Below are positions 19,917 to 30,800 of a stretch of DNA of 64,000 bases, in pieces. Position 1 is the stretch's first letter. Every line of letters starts with the position of its first letter. The notes under the pieces are model-generated. The model saw nothing but the letters and a program-made list of their open reading frames with translations, ran no database searches and had not been told where the DNA came from. Position numbers and translations under genes: made by a program. The stretch lies in the NCBI GenBank assembly GCA_000165345.1, contig CM000433.1, positions 736,001-800,000 on the forward strand, given 5' to 3'.

Positions 19917-20608
19917 ATGGAAAAATCAGAAAAAGAAGATTCTACCATTAAAGAAGTTCAAACTATTTTGAAGACAGCAGTGACGCAAATAATGAATAAT
20001 GTAAGTCTTAACATAATTAATAACAACAATTACAGCGTAATGCGCAAATATATACATTATAATATTAAATTGATTTAAAATGAAATCTTCTCAAAATTTT
20101 AATTAGTCATCTAATGTTAAATAATGCAATATATTGGTAAATATTGAATAAGAAAGCATAAAAATAAAGAAAAAAAATCTCTTGAATATTTTTTTTTTCT
20201 TGATATATCTCTCTTTTTCAATAACAGTGATCACATGTAAAATATATTCACATATATATATATATCAAGTGATTTAAATTCCAAATATTTGAAATAAATG
20301 AACGTATTTTTAATAAAACTAACCAAAAAAATTTATTTGTTAGCAAGAAACACTGCATTGTTGTTATTTACCAATTTGTATTTACATCAAATGTTCACTT
20401 TTTATTTGAATTACTCTTAGGAAGTAAGAAAAGTCTGTTTTGAACAATGCTTTCAAAGCAAGAAATCGCACTCCCCTTTAAATATATTTGACCATCAATG
20501 TCTTTCTAGATGTATGGATAAGATGTTTCATGCACATTCAATTGTGGAGCAAGCTACTACTGAAAAAGTTAAAGATTTAGGTAGTTCTGAACATATTCAG
20601 AATATTTG
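19917..20608 (+). CDS. Small Tim (Tim8/9/10/13 family, twin CX3C) in two exons: 19917..20000 and 20421..20608. The intron is unusually long at 420 nt. Protein of about 90 aa.
   Basis: Exon 1 reads MEKSEKEDSTIKEVQTILKTAVTQIMNN and is followed by GTAAGT. Exon 2 begins directly after CTCTTAG, with an in-frame TAG immediately upstream and no usable internal ATG. Exon 2 encodes EVRKVCFEQCFQSKKSHSPLNIFDHQCLSRCMDKMF..., that is, C-x3-C, a 15-aa spacer, then C-x3-C, the small-Tim signature. Confidence 0.65.
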
Positions 20609-20873
20609 AAAAACTTTATAGGTTTTGAAATTATTTATATATTATTTTCTTTCACAATTCTCTTTGTCAATGCAACACACTGACATTTTCTTCGCTTAGT
20701 CATTTAATCCCAACATTTATTATTATTGGTAATGCCAATGCAAAACTGACAGATTTTAAGTTTTATTTTAAGAATCACTGCTTGATATAATACAACCAGA
20801 TGGTATTCATCCCAGCTAATTGCATTATAAAAATGAATATTACGATTAAATATATTCATTTGAAGCTTTAAAC

Positions 20874-21482
20874 TTATATCCCATCTCTAGGTAAGGCCCT
20901 CTTACACTCAACCCACTTCCCTTTAAGATAGTGATTACTATAAAATTTGGTAACGTTGTTTACTGCATCAACACTCTCAAATGTTACAAATCCGAAACCT
21001 CTAGGACGTCCATTATTTTTGTCAGTAATGAGTACTGCATCCTTAATATTTCCAAATCTTTGAAAATATATTTTAAATTCTTCTAAAGTGAGATCAGGAA
21101 GCCCACCAACAAAAATTTTACTAACATTCTTAATTCCCTTTGTAACAGCATTGTTATAATTTTCTGGTGTATTTTCATTTTTTGTTATGTCTTCAAAATA
21201 CTCTTTGATCATCAAATTGGTATTTCTAGGTGAAGCTCTTTTGCAGTCCACAACTTTGCCCATTATTATATGTGGGGTAATATTCTGAACAATCTCAACA
21301 GTTTTTGGATCCTTAAAAGTCACGAATCCAAAACCCCTGCTTCTCCCACTTACATTGTCATACATTACTACAGCGTCCAATATTACACCAAATTGCAAAA
21401 AGTATTCCATCAAAATTGATGAAGTTACTTGCTGAGAAAGTCCACCAACAAATATTTTTCCCGACTCTAAATTCATTGTCAT
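20874..21482 (-). CDS. RNA-binding protein with two RRM domains (hnRNP A/B / Musashi-like), 202 aa.
   Basis: There are two RRMs: KIFVGGLSQQVT...RGFGFVTFKD and KIFVGGLPDLT...RGFGFVTFES. They carry RNP-2 (IFVGGL) and RNP-1 (RGFGFVTF) motifs. Confidence 0.85.
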   Translation of the reverse strand: MTMNLESGKIFVGGLSQQVTSSILMEYFLQFGVILDAVVMYDNVSGRSRGFGFVTFKDPKTVEIVQNITPHIIMGKVVDCKRASPRNTNLMIKEYFEDITKNENTPENYNNAVTKGIKNVSKIFVGGLPDLTLEEFKIYFQRFGNIKDAVLITDKNNGRPRGFGFVTFESVDAVNNVTKFYSNHYLKGKWVECKRALPRDGI

Positions 21483-21925
21483 TTATTTATAGCTTTTCCA
21501 AAATTGAACTTATTCATGTATTTTGTATTTATATATGTTTAGAATAAAAAAAAAGAATTCAAAAAGAATTTACACAAATTTATTGTAAATCTTGTATTTT
21601 TATTCTATTTTTGTGTACATTAATTTCAGCACCCGGAAGTGAATATATAATCTGCTTAATGTTGTTGAGTTGTTGAAAGTTTGATTAAATCTCTATTACT
21701 AAATTCATTATAAATAAGAAATAATAGTAATTTCTCTTACTGTATTCTTATTCTTTTCTGATATTAATTTTTTAGATTATTTTACTATTATAAAGCTATA
21801 GAGTCCATAAATTTATTTCTAATATTAATAATATATTCTTCTTTCTTATCAATCTAGAAAGTTTCAAAAGAAAAAAAAAGAAAATAAAAGGTGTTTGAGA
21901 AAATAAAATAAGCAAAATTACTTGT

Positions 21926-21970
21926 TTGCATGTTGCCGCCTCTTCTCAATGGCCATATTGCATGCAATAG
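21926..21970. promoter_or_regulatory. TGCATG - GCCGCC - TGCATGCA cluster in the 1.1-kb divergent RRM / PRKRIP1 intergenic region.
   Basis: tttgcatgttgccgcctcttctcaatggccatattgcatgcaatag. Confidence 0.35.
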
Positions 21971-22590
21971 AATTTATAAATTTATAATTAATTTTTTTAT
22001 ATCCTCGGAATTTAGTAGAAAACGTGCATAAAACAAAAGTCAATTCAAAATTCTTTTTCCATGCCTCTTATTTCCTTAGAAATTTATTTATTATGAATAT
22101 TAATCAATTTGACTATTTTGATCTTTTTATTAGAGACTTTTATTATATACTTTATTATTTAGTAATTTACGTGGCGGATAATCTATTTATATAATTCAAC
22201 TATATTAATTAAATAAATACTTTAGTTGTTCAATTAGATTAATATTATTGCAATAGGAATAACCGGATAAAATTCATTCATGAAATTTTAGAAATTATAA
22301 GTTGAATATAACGAGTTATAATGCATACAAATATAATAAAATGAATAATAGCTCTTTAAATACAAATGTCAAAGAAACTATTTTAAATTAACTGACATAT
22401 TTCTCATATCTGTATAATTAATATATTGATTTTAGTTACTTTCTCTTTATTTAACTGTTAATATTATGTAAACAAAAATAGTTAATTAGCGCTAAGCATA
22501 ATATTAAGCGGAATTTTTACTAATTTAATTATTGAAATATTTGACATTAAAGCTAAATTTCAGTTTTAAAAATGCTTAAATAACAATACA

Positions 22591-23001
22591 ATGAATTCAA
22601 AGATAGAGAGTTTGAACAATTTAGATACTGAAGTTGTTCTATTATCTACTGGAAAGAAGGTTGAAGTTCAAAAAACAAAAGTGAAAAATGAACAAGAAGA
22701 GGATTCTTTTGATGATAAAGAAACTTTTGAGAGAATCCGTAATGTTGGAAGCTGTAGTTCAGCAGCAGGGAGTAATTTTTTTCACTCTTATAGAAAAATA
22801 AAACAAATAGAAGAAGAACGGCTAAACAAAATGGAAGAGGAATATTTAGAGGAGAAGGAAAAAAGGGAATTTAGCATGCAAAGAGAATCAAGAATAATGA
22901 GGTATATTGAATCCACAAGTAAGAAATCTGAAAAGAGAAAGAAAAAAAAGATGCAAAAGGTTTTAAAAAAGCAAAAAAATCTAAATAATAAAAATGAATA
23001 A
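22591..23001 (+). CDS. PRKRIP1: PRKRIP1-like (DUF1168) small basic nuclear protein, 136 aa.
   Basis: VGSCSSAAGSNFFHSYRKIKQIEEERL...KRKKKKMQKVLKKQK matches the PRKRIP1 core [24 protein letters not shown]...KRRKKRQKLKEKK, recalled from memory. Confidence 0.55.
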   Translation: MNSKIESLNNLDTEVVLLSTGKKVEVQKTKVKNEQEEDSFDDKETFERIRNVGSCSSAAGSNFFHSYRKIKQIEEERLNKMEEEYLEEKEKREFSMQRESRIMRYIESTSKKSEKRKKKKMQKVLKKQKNLNNKNE

Positions 23002-23059
23002 AGTATATTTATGTTTATTTTTCCTTATAATTTTAAGATCATTATAATTTAATTATATA

Positions 23060-23761
23060 TTAGGTTGTTGTTACAATTCTAAGTTTTGCTTGTTTTATAA
23101 GTTCATTTTGAATATTCACATCTTTAATCATTTCTTTGTATTTGTCAATATATTTGTTTAAGTTATATCTTGGAGTAATGTGAGAAAGATCAGGAGGGAC
23201 TGCCAAAGAAATAGGTAAATCAGGAAATATTTCAAGAATATTTTTGTCATTCTTAAATCTTTTGCTTTTTTTAGCCATTAATGTGTCATTTTCTGATTCT
23301 TCTGTTAAATCCTTGGCCGTTTCAATATTATATTCTGTCATTTCATCATTTATACCATCAAAACTGTTATTTCTCTTCTTTTCATTTATTTCACTTGAGT
23401 CTCTATCATTCATCATTAAAATACATTCCTCCTTAAAGTATCTCTTCTGCTCCTCTAATCTTTGTTGTTTTACAGAATCTGGAGCCAATTCACTTACAGG
23501 ACATGTTACAAATTCTCTAACAGACATTTCTCCTGCTAATATTCTTCGTCTCAAATCTAAGTTGTTAGGACGTTTTAAATTACTCATCAATTCAAACCTC
23601 CTCTGGCGAATTATTCTACTATCTTTACCTGCCATTACTTTTAGAAAGTCTTCTTCTATACTTTTGCTCAATGAGTATATATCCACATTCTTAAATGTCT
23701 TATTTTCCACCAAGCCTTGCTCAAGAGCATTCCTTAATTCCGTCTGCATAGAACCTTCCAT
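23060..23761 (-). CDS. TFIIS central-domain (TFS2M) protein, 233 aa, lacking the C-terminal zinc ribbon.
   Basis: RIIRQRRFELMSNLKRPNNLDLRRRILAGEMSVREFVTCPVSELAPDSVKQQRLEEQKRY resembles the TFIIS domain II consensus (RSLvfNLKDpkNpeLRrrVLsGeispeel..Mt.eElAs). No CxxC...CxxC ribbon is present. Confidence 0.6.
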   Translation of the reverse strand: MEGSMQTELRNALEQGLVENKTFKNVDIYSLSKSIEEDFLKVMAGKDSRIIRQRRFELMSNLKRPNNLDLRRRILAGEMSVREFVTCPVSELAPDSVKQQRLEEQKRYFKEECILMMNDRDSSEINEKKRNNSFDGINDEMTEYNIETAKDLTEESENDTLMAKKSKRFKNDKNILEIFPDLPISLAVPPDLSHITPRYNLNKYIDKYKEMIKDVNIQNELIKQAKLRIVTTT

Positions 23762-24015
23762 GTTTTCTTGTTTTTACCCTTGCCTTTTATTCAACCAGTT
23801 TAGTTTACCCTAGCTCAATTTACCATACACAATTCAGAACAAACACCCCTCTTAAAGCAATTATTAACAAGAATTAACTATAAAATCAGGATTCAAAAGA
23901 TTCTTCTAAATTTCTAACAACAATTTAATTTATCTAAAATTACAAAATGAAAACAACATTTCGTCAATTTTATTTGAAATTTTTTCTAGAAAAAATTGAA
24001 ATATTCAAAAAATCG

Positions 24016-24033
24016 ATATGGCGCCAAAATACT
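24016..24033. promoter_or_regulatory. E2F-like ATGGCGCCAAAAT element about 255 nt upstream of the TFIIS-domain gene start (23761).
   Basis: atatggcgccaaaatact. Confidence 0.4.
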
Positions 24034-24308
24034 CGTGAACTTGTAGTTTAGCTCTATTGGAACTTCTTGTTAATTCTATTGATAAAAAAAAAATCACTGA
24101 AAAAAGAACCTGCTCGGTCAATTAATTCAGTTTTCATATAGAAAAGGTTTAGACCACAAAAAAAAAGCAAAAAAAAAAGTTATTTAATGCTATAATTAGT
24201 ATTTTTCTAAAATTTTAAACATCTATACAATATTCGAAATCCTGTTAGTTTAGTCGAGTGCTAATAATTAAAATGGGAATTTTAGTATTTCGTATATTTC
24301 AGAAATCC

Positions 24309-24551
24309 CTAATCTAATTCAATCGAAAAATCCGGTTTTTTTGCCAAAGATGAATCGTTTTCCCTTCCACCATTCAAAATAAAAATAAACGCTATACAGA
24401 GCATTGGGGAAACTGCAAAAATAAGCTTTAACACGGTAAAAAGTATCCAGATCATCCTCTCACTCACACATAAAAAAGTATTAAATAGTTGTCTTCTTTT
24501 TTTCACCACAAATTTCCTCACTATAAGTAAAATCTTATTTAATATATTCAC
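24309..24551 (-). CDS. Possible small hydrophobic protein (80 aa). Low confidence. Supported only by its position behind E2F-like motifs.
   Basis: The ORF start at 24551 lies 43-80 nt downstream of the tandem TTTTGGCGCCAT / TTGGGCGCCAAC elements at 24594-24629. The product has two predicted hydrophobic helices. Confidence 0.25.
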   Translation of the reverse strand: MNILNKILLIVRKFVVKKRRQLFNTFLCVSERMIWILFTVLKLIFAVSPMLCIAFIFILNGGRENDSSLAKKPDFSIELD

Positions 24552-24593
24552 TGATTTCTTATTCCCTTACGTAAATTAGCCAAAGTAAAATGT

Positions 24594-24629
24594 CATTTTG
24601 GCGCCATATCAAAGTTGGGCGCCAACCTC
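24594..24629. promoter_or_regulatory. Two tandem E2F-like elements (TTTTGGCGCCAT and TTGGGCGCCAAC) 17 nt apart.
   Basis: cattttggcgccatatcaaagttgggcgccaacctc. Confidence 0.45.
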
Positions 24630-24831
24630 AATTTTGTATAAATAAGTGGAAGAACAATCAGAAAATAACGACTGCAAAGAAACAAAGTCGAGCAGTGATC
24701 ATTTTTAAATAATTAATTAAAAATATTCTAATAAAAGTCTAAAATGGTCAAAAAGAAACCATTTCATGAAAATTAAGTGATACAAATGCCAAAAATAAAG
24801 GCATTATATGAATTGTAGACTGGTTTAAATA

Positions 24832-27800
24832 CTAAAAGTATAAATTGTGTTCAGACTGTGGATTTACAGTATGTGATAGCTTTTCTTGATCATGAACTTG
24901 TTCAGTAGCGTTTGCATTGGCTGGAATAAATGCATTATTCATATTATTGTTATTGTAGCTAATAGTAGAGGAAGGAGTAGCAACCAATGTTTGAGCTGCC
25001 AAATCTGAACTGTTATGATCAATGCTGGAATTAAAAGTAATGGATGACATGTTATTTGTATTCATTTTAGTAATAGTAGTAGTAGTCGTAGTTGTTGTTG
25101 TGTTAACTGGGACTCCGAAATTTTCTACTGAAGAATTAATATTGGAGTGACTAGGAACAGGTTCTATAACTCCTTGATTAAAATGATGTTGGGATGGTGG
25201 TTTTGACTTGATTAAAGGAAGAGGAGTATCACTTGCCATCAGTTCTTCAGCTGTGACTCCATATTGTTTAAGTTGACGAGTAAGACTTCTTAAAGCTTTT
25301 CTTCTGTGGTCCATTACTGGTGGAGGATAAATAATGAATTCCGCAAGCCTCCTTCTAAAGCAATCATGCCTATGCTGCTTAATGCAAAAAGATCTAATCG
25401 TTGGAACACCAGTAGTTAATGTGGAAGCTTGAGATGGATCTCCATTTGATTGGAATTGAGAACCGTTTTCTGTTATGTTCATTTGCCCGTTATTAGATTC
25501 AGAGTTATTGTTATATCCTGTAGTCATAAGGCTCATAGCTAATCTTGACGAACTACCTATAGCTCTTAAACAGTTCAAAGCACTTTCCTTAAGTTCAGCA
25601 TCTGTTAGTCTAGAGAAAGGGATTGCTGGACTTCTATTTGGAGGTGGTCTCTTCTTTACAACTATTCCTGAAGCCACTAATTCTTTCTTATAAATTTCTC
25701 TCTGTTTTCTAGCCTCTTTAATTGCATCTTCTAGAGAAGGAACCTCTGTAGCTTCTCCCGATGATCTTGTTCTTTTAAGGTTTGTAGCTTTAATAGAAGC
25801 ACCAGAAGATGAACAAGGAGTTGTTTGATTGTATTGTAAGACAGAATTGGATTGTTGTTGAACCTTTTTTGGTGACTTATAATTACCTGAAATAAATGAT
25901 TCACCTTGAGAAATTAAAGGCTTTATTAGAATTCCATTCTTAGGGTTATCCTTGAATTTGTTTATTGTCCCATTTCTTATCTTAACAGACTCTTGTAGAA
26001 TCCCTCTTGAATAGTAATCCCAATAAATCCTTAAAGCATTGATATTTCTTATCATTAGAGGTGAGAAAATCGGATTTTCTTTATTCATTATATCCAATTG
26101 TGTTGTGAAAAGCTGTCTTTTAAGTCTCTCAGAATGACCAAGATCTCCTAAGATTTTACTTACAATCTTCAAAGATGATAAAGTTGAATGTAATAACTTT
26201 CCACCAGGATTTAACTTTCCCATTTGTTTCCCATGTTCTGGGCAAAAAACTTTCTGAGAAAAATAGTTCTCTCTTATTTCTGACCCTCTTATTGTACTAT
26301 TATCCAAATTTGGAGGTTGACAATTTGGAGAAACATACAATACATTAGAAGTTCCTCCATTAGATTGATTCCTATATAATCCTTGGCTTCCTGAAATTGA
26401 ACTATCTAAAAGCATATCATTCATTTGTATAGGTTCATCTATTTCAGCAATTGTTTCCATATAACATCCATATAACTTCAAACAAAGAGGATGAGCTGTT
26501 CTTGTACAACCAGGATGATTACAGGCCAAATTTACTCCATAACTGCTTTTACATATACAACAATATACGCTTGGAATCTCTAAAGTGTCTTGATCTGAAA
26601 ATTGCTCCAAGATGAACTGTTCCTCGTTTCTTATATCTCTAAAAGGAAATTGTTGTACAGATCCTTCAATACCTCCAAATCTTCTCACAAATGTTCCCTT
26701 ATTTTTACTTATAGTTCCATCCTTTTGTAATTTAACCAAAGATGTCATTCCTAAGTAATTTGCTGCTCCATAGACTTGTCCACATGCAAGCCTATAGATT
26801 CCTGGAGTATACAAGGAGCAGATAATATGTACAAATTGAGTTCTTTCTCCTGGTCTTCCAATGTGGTTTTGAGGTATTCCCTGAGCCTCAATAAGTGCAC
26901 CTCCTCGTCTTGGACATAGAATACAGGATGTGTTTTCGGGTCTAACTCCTTTAATACAAGCCTGACATACAAAGTCATTAATGCTTTCCATTTTCTCTCC
27001 TAAACCATAGCAACTCCAATGTACAGTTAATCCACAGCATTTACAGCTCACTAATATATTAGAAGCAAGTATTTCTTCTTCTTCTTCCCCTTCATTATCA
27101 GATATAGTTCTCTCTGGTAAAATAATGCTAAAGTTAGAATCATGACATTCCTCTCCAGAGCTTGATATCCGTACTATACCATTATTAGTATCCAAAGGAA
27201 CTTTTCTTTTCGAAGGAAAATCTGTTGAGTCATATTTAAGACAGACACTACAAATATCTCTATCATATTTATCAGGGTTCAGAGCATTGCAATAATATAC
27301 TTGGTTTTGTTTAAAGATCTCGCATGAACTCTTTTTGGTCATGTTTGGACTTGTAACATCCCAAGACTTGGATCTAGAAATAGATCTAGTTCTAGATCGT
27401 TGAATAACTCCAATTTGTGAGCTTCTACTAGATTTTTGATTATACTTGCTACTAAATAAATCAGGGAACATATCTCTATTAATGTATCTTTTCTTACGTA
27501 GATTCACCTCTTCATCAAGATTTCTGGTGATATTGCCATTGTTCCTGATATGAGACAAACAAAAGCAACGTATATTAACAAGTTGTAGAGCCTCATCCTG
27601 AACATTTCTCCATCCTTGAATGTATCCAACCAAAGTTTCTCCTCTGGAATAACATGGATCACAGTCAACCTCAATTTGTACTCCGTTAAGCCATGCACAA
27701 ATTGGATGGAAAAGTTGTATACAATTCTCATGATCACATTTAACAAGTCCAAAAGTATTGTCATTTCTACAAAAGACGCATCTTGGAGAACTATTGTTAA

Positions 27801-30800
27801 GAGTTTCATGATCCATATCTAAGATGGGTTGAGGTCCAGTAGAGCTATTTTCAAAGGATTCTTCCTGAGGTAGAGATAGATTCTGATTTTGATTCTGAAT
27901 TGGAGTCAAATTTCTTCCCTCATCTTCAATAGTGCCAGAATCTGAGTTAATTGACTCGAGTTTTAATAGTTTGCCTGAATCTGTATGATTCGAAAATACC
28001 GAAGAAGTGGATCTTTGTCCAAAGTCAGGAACTCCTGAAGCTCCAGTCCCTGCTCCTGCTCCTGTTCCTATTCCTGCTCCTATTCCTGTTCCTGTTCCCA
28101 TCCCAGTTCCTATTCCTGTCCCTGAAATATCAATACTAGAGCTAGATGTACCATTTTTACCGAGACTAAGTGCATGAGATGAATTGTTTTCCTTTCCTAT
28201 TCTTTTGTTTGTCCAACTCCTTTTAACTCTATCGACATTCCAGTTACTCAGATTCTTCCAATCTTCGCATGTAACCAATGGTAAGTGCCAAATAGCACAT
28301 ACAAGATGGACCCAAATTCCATCCTTATTGGTTCTTTTCATTGCTCCTCCTGAATGAGAACATAAGACACAAGAAATACTTCCTGGATTGAAAGCTATAA
28401 GATACTGGGTACCTAGAAATTTCTTCTCAAATTCACATCGATCACAAAGCCAACCATAAAAGTCAAGAAGTTCATTTAGTGGAATATTGACTCCATAACA
28501 GGCTACATGAGAAACTACTCCACATCTTACACATTCAACAAATGGTTTTAAAGTATCAGTTTCCCAGTTAAAACAGATGGAACAGACATTTGTTAAGTGC
28601 ATATTCTTTTCTTTAGACTCTAATAAAGCATCAAATTTGGATAATTTGGTCTTCTTTTCATCCTTAGGTTTTATCTCAAGATCTTTATTTTGATCTTGAT
28701 CTGATTCCATCTTTTTAGATGCATCAGCTTGTCTAAGAAATGCTGGATATAAGTCCTTATAACCATTAACCAGGAAAAACTTTAATTTGTTCCAAGAATT
28801 AACAATTTGGTATCTTTGTACCACATTCATCCAAATGAAAGGGATATCAGTAATTCTAACATTATTTTCGTTTTCATATATAATTCTGTTCTGGATCTTC
28901 AATCTAAGATTAGCAATAGAGTCAATAATTTCATTATATATTGGGAGAAATCTTTCCAGATTTGCTTCAACAAAATTAAAATCTTTATGATCAACAAAAT
29001 CATTCATCATATATGGATGAATAAAAAGTGTATCAGATTCTTGTTTAAGGTCTTCTTGATGGACAGAATCAGTATCTTCCATATTTTTCTTTTCTTCTTC
29101 TAAACTTTGTGCATTAATGTTGAATCTGTCCTTATCTTTAACTTCCCTAGTAAGTTTTATTGGCTTATAAGGATCTAACCAATATAACCCTCCTAATTCA
29201 ACACAACTGGGAGCATCTATATAACTCAAACCATTCTTATGAAGGTAAACCTTTTGGTCAGAATATGTTGAAATATAAGGATTTACTGATGGTAGGACAA
29301 AATCAACCCACCAGTAAATAGGATCATAACTTCTGTAAGTTCCCCATACATCTTCCCTATATAAGGGAGTCTCTAATGTATTCTGATTCTGTAATGAAGG
29401 ACTTGATCCTATAATTGTTCCTATTACTGGAGTTAAAGAGTTGTTAATATTATTGGTATTAATATTTGTGTTAGTTGTTTCAGATAAATTTGTTTCACAA
29501 GGATTATTCATAATATTGAACTCATCAATAAGATTTTCAAGATCAATTTGGCCATTATTAGTTGGTTGTTGAATTAAAAACATATTATTGTCGATTTCTT
29601 CTTGAACGGTATTTTGAGATTTTATTTGATTAGATACATTTAAGTTAACTAATGAATTAAGTTCATTCAAGTTACTCTTTATCTTCTCAAATATGTTAAC
29701 TGTATACAAATCTTGTTTATTGTTGATTTTAGCAGGAGTAAAGAATACCTTCTTGTGGCTTTGATCATAGTTAAAGAACACATCATGAAGATATCTCTCG
29801 ATATACTTGAATTGATAATAAGACAGATCAAGAGTTTGGAGAATATCCCATTTAACATTAAAATGATCCAGAATATCAGGAACTTGAAGTTTTTGATTCT
29901 GAATATCGGTTTTAGAAATATGAGAAAATGTGTGTGGTTCTTGACTTTGCTGAATATGAAGATTCGTATTTGCTGAATTTATTTCTGGGAAAGCATTTTT
30001 AGGAAATATGTGATGATCATGGGTAACGGAATCTGTTTCAAGATAATCATCTTCTGAAATACCAAGTTCTAATGGCGATTTTGGCTCCAAAGCAACTAAA
30101 GAAAGAGTTCTAGGGAGCTTAAATAAAAGAAAATAAGGTTTCTGAATTTCTAGAGGCATCTTTGATAGATTACCACCTCTACTCTTGAGAATTGATTTGG
30201 AAACAAGGTCAACAATAGCATCCAAACTACAACTTTTCATATATATTGGTGGTAATGAAAGGCTTGCCTTGTTAACATAGGGGCTAGCTCTCCCTATCTT
30301 TCCCCATGGGGGATCTGTAAAAAGAGTCTGTTCAAGAGTAGTCAACTCTTGGATGATTGGTTTTCTTTGTACTGGATTCGATGGAATAGTTTTTAAAATA
30401 ATATCCTTTTTAGCTCCCATTGGAATCTTTCTAAAAAAGGAGTCAAACCTGCTCCAACCAATTTTAGCCATTCTTGAAGATCCACCTGTAGAAGTTGGAG
30501 TATTTGTAGAGTTTTCGTTAATTAATGTTACAGAGGTTATATCCATATCCAGTTCACTCACAGAATACGTGTCCTTTCCTATTCTATTATCTAAGTTTCG
30601 TGCTTGTGAGCCAATTTTATCACCATCCTTGTCAAGAGAGGTTGATTCAATCTTGTATTTTGACTTATTCTTATGTCGGCCTCTCTTCGATTTACGTAAA
30701 ACTTTCTTATTTTTTCGTTTCACAGAAGAATTGGATGTAACCTGAGCAGAATTATTGAGACTATTCTTTGAATCATTAATAGTAGTAACAGCAACAGTAG

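Noticed and set aside
20001-20420. Possible box C/D snoRNA inside the long small-Tim intron
   Set aside because: I found no RUGAUGA / CUGA box pair or terminal stem. The long intron remains unexplained but a snoRNA call is unsupported.
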